Positions 27,507-37,745 of a stretch of 64,000 bases of DNA are shown piece by piece. Every line of letters begins with the position of its first letter. Positions within the stretch are counted from its first letter, which is position 1. Source of the stretch: Candidatus Multivorans sp. (GTDB lineage: Bacteria > Acidobacteriota > Thermoanaerobaculia > Multivoradales > Multivoraceae); NCBI GenBank assembly GCA_965224025.1, contig OZ245033.1:2688001-2752000 (forward strand). The letters run 5' to 3'. A program made the position numbers and the translations under genes. The notes beneath the pieces were generated by a model, which saw only the letters and a program-made list of their open reading frames with translations, was not told the DNA's origin and did not search any database.

Positions 27507-29051
27507 TCAGGGTCGAGCGGCTCGCGGGCGGAGGGCTCCGGGACTGCGACGCGGAAGGCTCGGATGGCGTGGTGCGCCTCCCAAGTAGGGATAGTCGTCG
27601 AAGGCGTCGCCGTTGCCCGTGGCGCGGGGGTCGCCGGTCGATCGCAGTCGCTCCATCAGCCGCTCGCCCAGCTCGTCGCGGATCGCCTCATACTCCGGAT
27701 CGCCGCCGACATTCACCTGTTGGTCCGGATCGTTGCGGAGGTCGTAGAGCTCGACCGCCGGGCGCTTCGCGAACGCCAGGTCGTAGAGCCGTCGGTGGTC
27801 GGCGTCCCGATCGCGATGCTCGATCATGTAGGTCTTCGTCGGCCCGTTGTCCGTGTCCGCGTACCAGGCGCCGGGGTAGGCGGCCTGTTCGTAGTTCGGC
27901 GTACCGTTCGGCCAGCGGTCGGGCCGGAAGTTGCGGATGTAGAGGAAGTCGTGGGTGCGGATCGCGCGGCTCGGATAGCCGCCCATGTCTGGCGCTTCCT
28001 GCGCCGGCGTGTGACGCTCCTTGCCGGTCAGCACGTGATCGCGTCCGTTGGCCACGATGACTGCCTGTAGGAACTCGCTGGCATTGCCGGATCCGAGCAG
28101 GGGGATGAGGCTCTTGCCCGTCATCGCCTCCGGCGGCGGAAGGCCGGCGGCTTTCAGGAACGTCGGCGCGAAGTCCGTCAGGCTGATGAAAGCGGTGATC
28201 TCGAGGCCGGGCTCGACCCGGCCAGGCCAACGGATCGCCAGCGGCACCCGCGACCCGCAGTCGTAGACGTTGCTCTTGCAGCGCGGGAAGGGCATGCCAT
28301 GGTCGCTCGTCATCACCACAATCGTGTCGCTGGCGAGACCCTGTTCGTCGAGCAGCCGCAGCGCGTCTCCGACCAGGGCGTCGAACCGCTGGACCTCCCA
28401 GTAGTAGTCCGCCACGTCGCCCCGGGTGTCCGGGTGGTCTGGAAAGGCAGCCGGAAGCTGGATCGCTCCCAAGTCCATGCCGCTCTCCTCGCCCGATCCG
28501 AGGCGGAAGGGGCGGTGCGGATCGGAGGTGCCGAGCCAGAAGGCGAAGGGCTGGCTCTCGCCCTGCCCGGCCAGGAACTCTTCGAAGTTCCCAAAGCGTC
28601 GCCCGGCGAGTTGCCGCCCCTCGGTTTCGGTGCGCCCGGGCCCCCAGCCCTTCCCGGTGACCCCGGTGCGGTAGCCGGCGCCCTTCAGTAACTCCTGGTA
28701 GGTCTCGAAGCGATCGGGAAAGACGCTCCACAGGTTCGCTGCGCCCCCGAGCCGCCAGTGCCACTGCCCGGTGAGGATCGCGCCGCGCGACGGCGTACAC
28801 GAGGGCGAGGAGACATAGGCGTGATGTGCCAGGGCCCCCTCGCTCGCGATCCGGTCGAAGCTTGGCGTCTTCACCACCGGGTCGCCGTAGGCGGAGCCGT
28901 GCGGCCAGCCCCAGTCGTCGGCGATTGCGAACAGGATGTTGGGGGGTTCGTTCTGGGCCGCGACCGGGACGGAAGAAGACATGACTGCGGCGAGGCAGGC
29001 TCCGAGTATCGTGCGGGCGGTGAGTGAGGCTGTGTGTCGAGTGCTTGGCAT
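27507..29051 (-). CDS. Secreted Cys-type sulfatase
   Basis: PNILFAIADD, SCTPSRGAILTG (CxPxR), TSDHG, ELYDLRNDP. Confidence 0.93.
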   Translation of the reverse strand: MPSTRHTASLTARTILGACLAAVMSSSVPVAAQNEPPNILFAIADDWGWPHGSAYGDPVVKTPSFDRIASEGALAHHAYVSSPSCTPSRGAILTGQWHWRLGGAANLWSVFPDRFETYQELLKGAGYRTGVTGKGWGPGRTETEGRQLAGRRFGNFEEFLAGQGESQPFAFWLGTSDPHRPFRLGSGEESGMDLGAIQLPAAFPDHPDTRGDVADYYWEVQRFDALVGDALRLLDEQGLASDTIVVMTSDHGMPFPRCKSNVYDCGSRVPLAIRWPGRVEPGLEITAFISLTDFAPTFLKAAGLPPPEAMTGKSLIPLLGSGNASEFLQAVIVANGRDHVLTGKERHTPAQEAPDMGGYPSRAIRTHDFLYIRNFRPDRWPNGTPNYEQAAYPGAWYADTDNGPTKTYMIEHRDRDADHRRLYDLAFAKRPAVELYDLRNDPDQQVNVGGDPEYEAIRDELGERLMERLRSTGDPRATGNGDAFDDYPYLGGAPRHPSLPRRSPGALRPRAARP

Positions 29052-29270
29052 GCTCGGATGATCCTAGCTTCCAGGGTGCGTTCACCTGCCGGTGGCTTGA
29101 TGAGGCTTCATCGGCGGTGGCTAGTCTGGATGGCATAATGGACTTATGTCTGACGCATCACTCCCTTGTTGGTCCGACCTTATTGGGGGGCGACTGCAAT
29201 CAACTGAGCGCCCGGATGGGGGGCCACGATTCCAGTAGCGGCCACTTTGCGCCACCTCGCGGCCACTTGA

Positions 29271-30768
29271 GCCTCTTTCGAGTTGCGAGTGGGTAGGGCG
29301 CGGGCGAGTGCAGATGCTGAGGGGGTCTTGGGAGAGCGGCCTCCGCCGCCGTAGCCGCCGCCGTCGGGCTGTGGAATCTGCGGAAGACCGGTAGCGGCGA
29401 GGGCGCAAGCTGTCCGGTGGGGAGGGCGTTCGCGGCGATTTCGGGTGGCGGCTGTAGTCGCGGGCGATCGGAATGAGCAAGACTCGTCTCTCCTGTTCCG
29501 ACTGAAGGAGGACGAGAGATGCAGAGGGAATTGTTCGCGAGAGCGCTGGGCGTGTCGGCGCCGTGGTTCGTTGACGGCGTGGACTTCTGTGAGAGGGAGC
29601 GTCGGTTGACGATACGGATCGACTTCAGGAAGGGCAGCCGATTCGCCCACGAGGGGGACGGCGGTTCTCATCCGGTGCACGACACGCAGATCAAGCGCTA
29701 TCGGCACCTCAACTTCTTCCAGCACGAGTGCCTGCTCGAGGCGCGAGTGCCCCGTGTGCGACTCCCCGACCAGCGGGTGGCGTTGGTGACTCCGCCCTGG
29801 TCGGGCAGATTGTCCGGCTTCACGCTGCTGTTCGAAGCCTTGATTCTGGCCATGTGCCGAGACATGACCTTCGCTGCGGTGGCCCGGTTGACCGGGGTGT
29901 CGTGGCATCGGGTGCACGCGATCTGCAAGCGCTACGTCGAGCTGGCGGTCGACCGGGACGACCTCTCCGAACTGCGCCACGTGGCCATTGACGAGACTTC
30001 CCGCGCCAAGGGGCACGACTACGTGACCGCGGTCGCCGACAGCGAGCGCCGGCGCGTGGTGTTCCTCGCCGAGGGACGCAAGTCCGGCACGATCGAGGAG
30101 TTCGCCGACGATCTGCAAAGGCGCGGCGGCGATCCCGCCGCGATCAGCCGGGCGTCCATCGACATGTCGGCCGCCTTCCTCAAGGGCGTCGCCGAGAATC
30201 TCCCCAACGCCGAGGTGACCCTCGACAAGTTCCACGTCATGGCCCTGGCCTCGAAGGCGGTGGACGAGACCCGGCGCCTCGAACAGCGCCTCGATCCGTC
30301 GCTGAAGGGCCTGCGCTGGACGCTGCTCAAGAACCGCGACTCCCTGACGCCGGCCCAACGGGCCGACCTCGACCGCTTCGTCAAGAGGGTCGCCAGCCGA
30401 CGCACCGCACGCGCCTGGCTCTATCGGGAGCAACTCCGCGAAATTCTCAACCGCAAGCAGATCAACGTCGTGCTGCGAATGCTCCATCAGTGGTGCACCA
30501 ACGTGAACCGCTCCAAGGTCGAACCCATGAAGGCCGTCGCCCGCACCATCCGAAAGCACCTGCAAGCGATCGCTGCCTGGGCGCGAACCCGGCAGACCAA
30601 CGGCTTCCTCGAAGCCCTCAACGGACTCTTCCAGTCCGCCAAACGCAAGGCCAGAGGCTACAAGCGATTCGACACCATACGCATCGCCTTCTTCCTCATC
30701 GCCGGCAAACTCGACTTCCACACGCTCAACCCGCACACCGCTTGACCCACTCGTAATTCAAAAGAGCC
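29271..30768 (+). mobile_element. ISL3-family insertion sequence
   Basis: 24-bp imperfect IRs GCCTCTTTCGAGTTGCGAGTGGGT / ACCCACTCGTAATTCAAAAGAGCC (20/24); no clean target duplication. Confidence 0.88.
29519..30745 (+). CDS. ISL3 transposase
   Basis: RHLNFFQHEC, AIDETS, SIDMS, LDKFHV, TNGFLEALN...KRKARGY. Confidence 0.95.
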   Translation: MQRELFARALGVSAPWFVDGVDFCERERRLTIRIDFRKGSRFAHEGDGGSHPVHDTQIKRYRHLNFFQHECLLEARVPRVRLPDQRVALVTPPWSGRLSGFTLLFEALILAMCRDMTFAAVARLTGVSWHRVHAICKRYVELAVDRDDLSELRHVAIDETSRAKGHDYVTAVADSERRRVVFLAEGRKSGTIEEFADDLQRRGGDPAAISRASIDMSAAFLKGVAENLPNAEVTLDKFHVMALASKAVDETRRLEQRLDPSLKGLRWTLLKNRDSLTPAQRADLDRFVKRVASRRTARAWLYREQLREILNRKQINVVLRMLHQWCTNVNRSKVEPMKAVARTIRKHLQAIAAWARTRQTNGFLEALNGLFQSAKRKARGYKRFDTIRIAFFLIAGKLDFHTLNPHTA

Positions 30769-30804
30769 CTTTGAAGTCGTGTCGACGTATCTAACAACGG
30801 CCCG

Positions 30805-31045
30805 GATCGAGGACGAGGGCGGGCAGGCCGTGTACCGCTCCAGCAACGCATGGAACACCGCGACCGGTTTGCCTTCGCCGCCACGCTCCGGGAATTCGTG
30901 CGGCGCCGGCGGAGGTCGACGTCCGCGTGTTCGCCGACGCGGCGGCTAGGCCGCCACCGTCGACTTCGACCAGGTGCTGGCCGCCGGGTGGTACTGGAGC
31001 CGCCTGGAGTCGGCAGGGGTCGTCCAAGCCGGCGAGACTCGGCTT
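30805..31045 (+). pseudogene. Highly decayed partial copy of the 35361-36218 gene
   Basis: DNA matches such as TGGAACACC..GCCTTCGCCGC and GACTTCGACCAGGTGCTGGC with several indels. Confidence 0.7.
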
Positions 31046-31632
31046 CGTGCAAAGGCCTTGCACTAGGAAAGGAGCCACTTCATGGCTGAACGCCCAGTAG
31101 TCATGATCCACGGTTGGAGCGCCACGTCCGAAGGACTAGAGCGGTTGGCAACTTTCGTTCGGGCCCAACTCAACACACAGATCTCGGTTATTCGTCTCGC
31201 CGATTACGTCAGCATGGAAGACGAAGTACGCTTCGACGACGTCGTGTCGGCAATGAACAGGGCTTGGGACGCCGAAGGGCTCCCCCGGACGAAAGGTGGC
31301 GTGGATGCCCTCGTCCACAGCACCGGTGGTCCGGTCGTTCGGGATTGGTTGGATCGCAACTTCGGCCCGGACGAGTCGCCCATAATGCACTTGGTCATGC
31401 TCGCGCCTGCGAACTTCGGCTCGCCGCTGGCCCACAAGGGAGGTCCTTTATCGCGCGTGCGTTCAAGGGCTTCATCGCGAAGAAACCGGAGGGCGAGCCC
31501 TTTGAGACGGGCACAAAGATCCTGAAGGGGCTGGAACTGGCGAGTCCCTATACGTGGAACTTGGCGCATCGCGACAGGTTCGGCGAAGGCGGCACACGCT
31601 ACCAACCCGGGAACGTGCTATGTACCGTCCTA

Positions 31633-32769
31633 GTGTAGTGTCTCCGACATGGGTTGACAGTTTCGGTTAAGTTCGTCAGTATTCCGTTCATGTGGGAACC
31701 AGCGGAACGACTTGACATCGAAGAGAGCGATCGAGCGCTTCTCAAGAAATGGGTAGAGGCGCCGACGACGCCACAACGCACGGTCCGGCGTAGCCGGATC
31801 GTGCTCGCTGCGGCGGAGGGCACGGCCAATCGGGCGATCGCGGCGAAACTCGGAGTTTCGCGGCCCACGGTGCTGCTGTGGCGTCGTCGGTTCGCGGAGG
31901 ACGGGCCTTCGGGGCTGACCAGGGATCGTCCCCGCGGTTGCGGAAAGCCGCCGCTCTCGGAGTCGGTCGTGCGTAAAGTGATCGAAGCGACGCTGCACGA
32001 GAAGCCGCCCGGTCAGACCCACTGGAGCGTGCGTTCGATGGCTCGGGCCCAGGGCATCAGTCCGGCGGCGGTCCAGCGCATCTGGGCGGCGCACGGGCTG
32101 AAGCCCCATCTGGTCAGGACGTTCAAGCTGAGTAACGACCCCAGGTTCGTGGAAAAGCTGCGGGACGTTGTGGGCCTGTACCGGAATCCGCCCGAGAATG
32201 CGCTTGTGCCGTGCGTGGACGAGAAGAGCCAGATCCAGGCTCTGGACCGGACCCAGCCAGGTTTGCCGCTCAAGCGCGGCCGCGCGGGAACGATGACCCA
32301 CGACTACAAGCGCAACGGGACGACGACGTTGTTCGCTGCGCTGAACGTGTTGGAGGGCACGGTGATCGCGGAGTGCATGGGCCGGCAGCGCCACCAGGAG
32401 TTTCTCCGTTTCCTCAAGCGTCTCGACCGTGAGATCCCAAAGCACCTCGACCTGCACCTGATCCTGGACAACTACCAGACCCACAAACACGCCGCCGTGC
32501 GCGCATGGCTGGAGCGAAAGCCTCGCTTCCACTTCCATTTCATTCCCACTTCGTCGCCCTGGCTTAACCTGGTCGAACGCTGGCTGGGCGGTCTGACCAC
32601 GAAGGCGATCCGGCGCGGTGCATTCCAGAGCGTCAACGACCTCGTAAAGACCATCTACGACTATGTGGACCACAGCAACGAAAACTCCCGGCCGTTCGTC
32701 TGGACGGCCACCGCCGACAGCATCGTCGCAAAGGTTACACGTGGTAAAGCCATGTTGGAGACACTACAC
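31633..32769 (+). mobile_element. IS630-family insertion sequence with TA duplication
   Basis: IRs GTGTAGTGTCTCCGACATGG / CCATGTTGGAGACACTACAC (19/20); TA at 31631-32 and 32770-71. Confidence 0.95.
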
Positions 32770-32772
32770 TAG
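31690..32772 (+). CDS. IS630 transposase
   Basis: HTH N-terminus; CVDEKSQIQAL, LILDNY, WLNLVERW; stop TAG uses the target TA. Confidence 0.93.
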   Translation: MWEPAERLDIEESDRALLKKWVEAPTTPQRTVRRSRIVLAAAEGTANRAIAAKLGVSRPTVLLWRRRFAEDGPSGLTRDRPRGCGKPPLSESVVRKVIEATLHEKPPGQTHWSVRSMARAQGISPAAVQRIWAAHGLKPHLVRTFKLSNDPRFVEKLRDVVGLYRNPPENALVPCVDEKSQIQALDRTQPGLPLKRGRAGTMTHDYKRNGTTTLFAALNVLEGTVIAECMGRQRHQEFLRFLKRLDREIPKHLDLHLILDNYQTHKHAAVRAWLERKPRFHFHFIPTSSPWLNLVERWLGGLTTKAIRRGAFQSVNDLVKTIYDYVDHSNENSRPFVWTATADSIVAKVTRGKAMLETLH

Positions 32773-33696
32773 TCGGCAACACGGGCTATCGGGGCATCCG
32801 CGCGATCGCCAACGAGGAAGGCTCTGGCGGCACTGTACGGGTTTCAACCGCGAACATGAACTGTCTTCGCGTCACTGCCAGGTTTCCCGCGCACCCTGAA
32901 GAACCCGACGTGGGACACGATGTCACTTGGAGGGAGATGGATGAGTCCACCGGCTCAACCGCGTTCGGTGTGCTTGATGGTCACAATCACAGCACCGTCA
33001 AGCTTTCGCACCTCCGCAACCGGCCTCTGAGGTCCCAACGTGACCGCGGGGCGCTGAGCGACATCGTCAAGGGTCTGACCGTGCAGGAGGACGACTTCGA
33101 GAAGTGGCGAGAAGAGCTGGCAGCCCGCAACGAAGAACTCCTTCCCAATGCACCCCGTGGTAACGGGCAGAAACATGGTTTTCAGAACACCGTCGTGCAT
33201 GTAGAGGAGCAGTACGGAGTAGGAGTTGACGACTTCCTCTTGGAGTTCTATGAGAAAGACGACAATAGAGGTAGAACGACCGAACGGTTCCACCAGTCCG
33301 CGATCAATGGAGTTCACAAGTACTGCGATGACCACTCCTACCGCAGTGTCTACATAGACTGTACTCGCTTGGTAGCGGCGATTGACAAGATCAACGAGTA
33401 CTTGAGGATAAGTCTCACGGCATACCCTGAACTCAGTCCTCCGAAGATTCCAGTCGGATTCGAGACGATAGCCGACGAGCACATCGGGGGACTACGTATC
33501 GGCAGACAGGACGTCGGCAGGTTCTTTGTGCCACACCGCACAGCCCTGGTCTCGCTTCAACTGGAGCGGCAGCAATCTCCCGAAGTGTTCGCCTTAAGGC
33601 GATATCCGTAGGGCCAGTCTACTTGCGTACAGCCGCTCACGTTGGCAAAGCACGAACGCGACGGCAAGACGGGCCTTACGGTAGATTCGACCCGCT

Positions 33697-34540
33697 GTGC
33701 GTCTCGCCCTTCATGCCCAACTCGGCGTGCTCGTTCTCCCCGTCATCTGGGCCACGCCCGCAACCGCGTTGACCGAGGGCGAAGCCAAGCGTGCCGTCCA
33801 CCGTTTCATCGACGCTTGGAACACCCGCTCCCGAGCCGCCTTCGCCGCGACCCTCCAGTACCCGCACGTCCGGCCGACGGCGGACTTCGACGGCCGTGTG
33901 TTCGCCGACGCCAACGCGTACGCTGTGACGGTGGACTTCGACCAAGTGTTGGCGACCGGCTGGGACCGGAGCCGCCTGGATTCGGCAGCCGTCGTCCGTG
34001 CCGGCGAGAGTCAGGCCCACGTAGCGGGGAGGCACTGCCGGCTCCGGGAGGACGGTTCGGCCGCCTGGAGCAACCAGGACACGTACGTGGGCGTCGAGAA
34101 GGACGTTTCGGCCGGCATTCAAGCGCGCTTTGATGCGGGTTTCGACGACCTTTCCGAGGCGGAGCGCGATGCGAGTGCCGTAGCGGCGATGGCAGACATC
34201 AACCGCCATTTGTAGGTCTTCAGCGCCTGTGACGAGGAGGCGATAGTGGCACCTTCCACTTGCCTCACGTCCGTGTCGGGGCGGAAGCGTGCGCGTCTCA
34301 AAGTCCGGTGCGGAATCCATGGACGCGTTCGACTTCGACTCCAGCGCCGAACGGCTCGGCAGGGAGCGATCGGGAGCGGACACCATGGAGGCGATCCAGC
34401 TGGGCGCCAGGGGCGTGAACGTGGTGGTCGGGATGACCCGGTACAGCTCCGAAGATGCCGGAATTCCACAACTTCGACGCGACCTACCTTGTTTCACCGA
34501 GGACGACTGCCTTGGGCCGATTCGGGCGGGCTCTGAGTAT
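33697..34540 (+). pseudogene. Decayed full-length copy of the 35361-36218 gene
   Basis: AAFAATLQYPHVRPTADFDGRVFADA identical to the intact copy; premature TAG at 34215 and frameshifts downstream. Confidence 0.85.
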
Positions 34541-34587
34541 CGCTTCCTCCGCTTGGGGTTTGAGCGACGCCCGAGTTGAAGAGAACG

Positions 34588-34973
34588 TCAGGGCTCTCTC
34601 ACCTTGGGGGACGTTCCCCTGGCCTTGCGAATGAAGCTGCGGTCGAATGTGAGCATGGTCTGGCAGTGGGCGGCAGCGCCAAGATGCAGCGCGTCTGCGA
34701 AGTCCATGCCCTTCTCTGCTCGGTCGAGCGCCTCCCTGAGCAGGGACGGGCTCTCTACGGTGACCCCCGGCAGGCCCGAGAAGGCCTTCAGGGCCGCCGC
34801 GACATCCTTGCCGTAGAGCCCGTACACGCTGCGCAGGACCCACTCGCTCTCGAGGAGAACGGTCGTGCCGACGAAGACGCCCCCGCGTCGATCGCGCCTC
34901 TTGCCTTGGCGGCTTGTCCCGGATCGTCGTCGGTCAAGTATCGGACGACGACGTTGGTGTCAATCGCCTGCAT
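34588..34973 (-). pseudogene. vapC: VapC PIN-domain toxin, frameshifted in a G5 run near 34880 (possible sequencing error)
   Basis: MQAIDTNVVVRYL...; other frame continues TVLLESEWVL...MDFADALHL...LTFDR. Confidence 0.82.
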
Positions 34974-35235
34974 GCCGTCGCCTGGCTTCGGCCAGTACAC
35001 CGGCCTGCATCTCTTGAAGGGACTTCGGCGGGCCGCCGTAGGCCAGGCTGCCGAACACGTCCTCCGGCCGGGTTTCCGAGAACACGGGCGCCGGCTTGAG
35101 CAAGACGCCCTCGGACGTGCTCTCGACGACGAGGCGGGTTCCGGCTATCCAGCGCAGCGCCCGACGTATGGCCTTCGGCAGGATGACCTGCCCTTTCGTC
35201 GACACGGTGGTGGTAAGCGGTTCAGGCGTCAGCAT
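34960..35235 (-). CDS. AbrB/MazE/SpoVT-family antitoxin
   Basis: TTVSTKGQVILPKAIRRAL; overlaps the vapC start. Confidence 0.9.
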   Translation of the reverse strand: MLTPEPLTTTVSTKGQVILPKAIRRALRWIAGTRLVVESTSEGVLLKPAPVFSETRPEDVFGSLAYGGPPKSLQEMQAGVLAEARRRHAGD

Positions 35236-35360
35236 GGATGAGTTCCTCCTTCGCAGCCGGTAAGGCGAAAGTAAGATACACCGTCCGGTGCCGTGAGCCA
35301 AGCGCAAACAGAGAGCAAGCCGCGAATCGGTTCGGCCTGGCGGTGTAAATTGAACTCACT

Positions 35361-36218
35361 GTGCGTGCGGTCGTTCACTACCTGCTCGGACTTCTCGTTC
35401 TCCCCCTTGCCTCCGCCGGCCCCGCGGCCGCTTTGACGGAGGAGCAGGCCACCCAAGCCGTCCACCGCTTTATCGAAGCCTGGAACACCCGCGACCCCGC
35501 CGCCTTCGCCGCAACGCTTCAATACCCGCACGTCCGGCCCACGGCGGACTTCGACGGCCGGGTCTTCGCCGACGCCCCCGCCTACGCGGCGACAATCGAC
35601 TTCGACCAAGTGCTGGCGACGGGATGGGATCGGAGCAGGCTTGATTCCGCGACAGTCGTCCAGACCGGCGGAAGTCAGGCCCACGTAGCGGGGAGGTACA
35701 CCCGCGTTCGTGCCGACGGCTCTGCCGTCTGGAGCAACCAGGTCACCTACGTCGTCACCGAGACGGACGGCTCAGTCGGCATCCAGGCGAGGCTCGCGGC
35801 AGGATTCGACGATCTGTCGGAGGCCGACCGTGAGGCGACCGTCTCGGCCGGGGTTGCCGCCGTGGAGCGCTACCTCGCGGCCTTCAACGCCCGGGACGAG
35901 GAGGCGATGACGGCCGCGCTCCACTTCCCCCACGTTCGAGTGGGAGTCGGAAGGGCCAGGGTGTGGGAGTCCGCCGCTGAGTACCTGGAGGGGTTTGACT
36001 TCGACGCCTTCGCGGAGCGGCTCGGCTGGGAGCGCTCGGAAGCGGACACCATGGAGGCGATCCAGGTCGGCGACCGGGGCGTCAACGTTGCGGTCAGGAT
36101 CACCCGCTTCGGTGCCGGCGATGCGAGAATCCACAGCTTCGACACGGTCTACCTGGTCACCGAGGAGGACGGTCGGTGGGCGATCAGGGCGGGTTCCAGC
36201 ATCGCTCCTTCTCCCTGA
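35361..36218 (+). CDS. Secreted protein with two tandem SnoaL/NTF2-like domains
   Basis: Signal peptide; internal repeat RFIEAWNTRD..LQYPHVR / RYLAAFNARD..LHFPHVR; EDGRWAI end. Confidence 0.75.
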   Translation: MRAVVHYLLGLLVLPLASAGPAAALTEEQATQAVHRFIEAWNTRDPAAFAATLQYPHVRPTADFDGRVFADAPAYAATIDFDQVLATGWDRSRLDSATVVQTGGSQAHVAGRYTRVRADGSAVWSNQVTYVVTETDGSVGIQARLAAGFDDLSEADREATVSAGVAAVERYLAAFNARDEEAMTAALHFPHVRVGVGRARVWESAAEYLEGFDFDAFAERLGWERSEADTMEAIQVGDRGVNVAVRITRFGAGDARIHSFDTVYLVTEEDGRWAIRAGSSIAPSP

Positions 36219-36230
36219 GGCTCCTCGACG

Positions 36231-36368
36231 ATGGTCGCGATCCTCATCGGCATCGGGGTTCTGATTTTCGCGATCTTCCTTGACATCGCGGTCGGTGCGG
36301 GCCTGGTGCTCAAGCTGTTCTCGAAGAGCCCGGATGGTCCGGAGCCGCCCCGCTACCGCAATCGCTGA
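36231..36368 (+). CDS. Small single-pass membrane protein (45 aa)
   Basis: MVAILIGIGVLIFAIFLDIAVGAGLVLKLFSKSPDGPEPPRYRNR*; below the ORF-track cutoff. Confidence 0.5.
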   Translation: MVAILIGIGVLIFAIFLDIAVGAGLVLKLFSKSPDGPEPPRYRNR

Positions 36369-36590
36369 GAGGGGACTCAGGCTCGGTTGAGGGCGGTCAG
36401 AAACGCTGCCCGACATCAGCTTCCAGCCAGTTCCCCCGGCTCCGAGTGACCTCCGAAGGCCACTGAGGCCCCAGTGTGCGGTCACTGGACGGCAAGTAGC
36501 GGCCACCAGAGCGCTCCGTGTTGAAAGTTTGAGAAGAAATGACCTACGTTCAGCCGGTAACAAACAGGCCCCGACGTAGGGAAACCCGTC

Positions 36591-37277
36591 ATGACCAGCG
36601 AATCCGAGCGCCACTCCTCAACACCGTCTCATGCTCCGCGAGCCCAAGTGTCCGGGCGATCCAACGGGGCAACGGACAACATCGCGGTAACCCTCTCCAG
36701 CTTGGCGATCCACGACCGTGGGGCTGGAGTGGCGCGGCGCGGTCATCCATACGTCGTGAGCCTGGCGATCGATGCCCACAAGGCGGCGACGCCGGCGTTC
36801 GACCTCAACTTCATTCCGTTCCCGGAAATGCGCCCGGGGCAGAGAGTCGGAATGCTCGGCGATGGGCATGTGCTGTACGGACCGAAGGACCCCGGAGGTT
36901 TCGTTTCCGTCCTCGTCCTCGTCATGAATTCGAGTCTGGACATGACCTACGCCGGCGATAGCGTGAGGGGCGCACTGGAAGACAGCGCGGCGAGCCTGGC
37001 TGCTGAGTTGATGCTGGCGGGGAACCCCGTGGCCTCCTTGGGAGCGGCGTTCCTTGGGGAGCTCGCCGAGTGCTTGGCGGGGGCATCGGGCAACGTCAGG
37101 GATAGCGAAGTCTGCCGTTTCTCGGGTTCGTTCCTGCAGGACGGACCGAGCCCGTACGACGTGGGCCGGGAGTACGGGATCAACAACTACGTGGGCTCGT
37201 TGGGCCTGCGTGTAGTTTCCCTCGCGGAGCCCAATGGCGTGGGACCCCTGCCGGAGGAGATTGATCTGGGAGGGTGA
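36591..37277 (+). CDS. Hypothetical protein
   Basis: 228-aa ORF with globular composition and RBS-like AGGGA; no recognised motif. Confidence 0.55.
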   Translation: MTSESERHSSTPSHAPRAQVSGRSNGATDNIAVTLSSLAIHDRGAGVARRGHPYVVSLAIDAHKAATPAFDLNFIPFPEMRPGQRVGMLGDGHVLYGPKDPGGFVSVLVLVMNSSLDMTYAGDSVRGALEDSAASLAAELMLAGNPVASLGAAFLGELAECLAGASGNVRDSEVCRFSGSFLQDGPSPYDVGREYGINNYVGSLGLRVVSLAEPNGVGPLPEEIDLGG

Positions 37278-37354
37278 GCAGTGGCAGGACGGAACGATGT
37301 GCCGGCTGACCGGTGTCACGCCGCCCGCGGCGTGCGCGCTGTAGAGTCAGCCTC

Positions 37355-37738
37355 GTGACTCGCGTTCCGCCCCCAACGACCCGCGACGCCGTCGTCCGCC
37401 GCGCCGACGACGCGCCGGTGAACCAAGTCGAACTCGGCACCGCGACCACGACTCAGGTGCTGCTCGGCGCTGACGACGACACGCCGCACTTCGCGATGCG
37501 GCGGTTCCGCATGGGCGACGGCGGCGGCATGCCGCTGCACACGAATCAGGTCGAGCACGAGCAATACGTGCTGCGGGGACGGGCGCGGATCGTCCTGGGG
37601 GAGGAGACGGTCGAGGTCGGAGCCGACGATGCGCTGCTGATTCCGGCTGGCCTGCCGCACTCGTACGAGGTGATCGAGGCGCCGTTCGAGTTCCTCTGCC
37701 TGGTGCCGAACCGGCCGGACCGGATCGATCTGGTCTAG
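37355..37738 (+). CDS. Cupin domain protein
   Basis: FAMRRF, PLHTNQVEHEQYVLRG, IPAGLPHSY. Confidence 0.88.
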   Translation: MTRVPPPTTRDAVVRRADDAPVNQVELGTATTTQVLLGADDDTPHFAMRRFRMGDGGGMPLHTNQVEHEQYVLRGRARIVLGEETVEVGADDALLIPAGLPHSYEVIEAPFEFLCLVPNRPDRIDLV

Positions 37739-37745
37739 AAGGCGG

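Larger units (their letters stand above)
31082..33611 (+). pseudogene. Alpha/beta-hydrolase gene disrupted by IS630 and a frameshift
   Basis: VMIHGWS, VHSTGG, MLAPANFGSPLA; -1 shift near 31438; removing the IS rejoins TVLVGNTGYRG...TANMNC in frame with 32856-33611. Confidence 0.85.
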
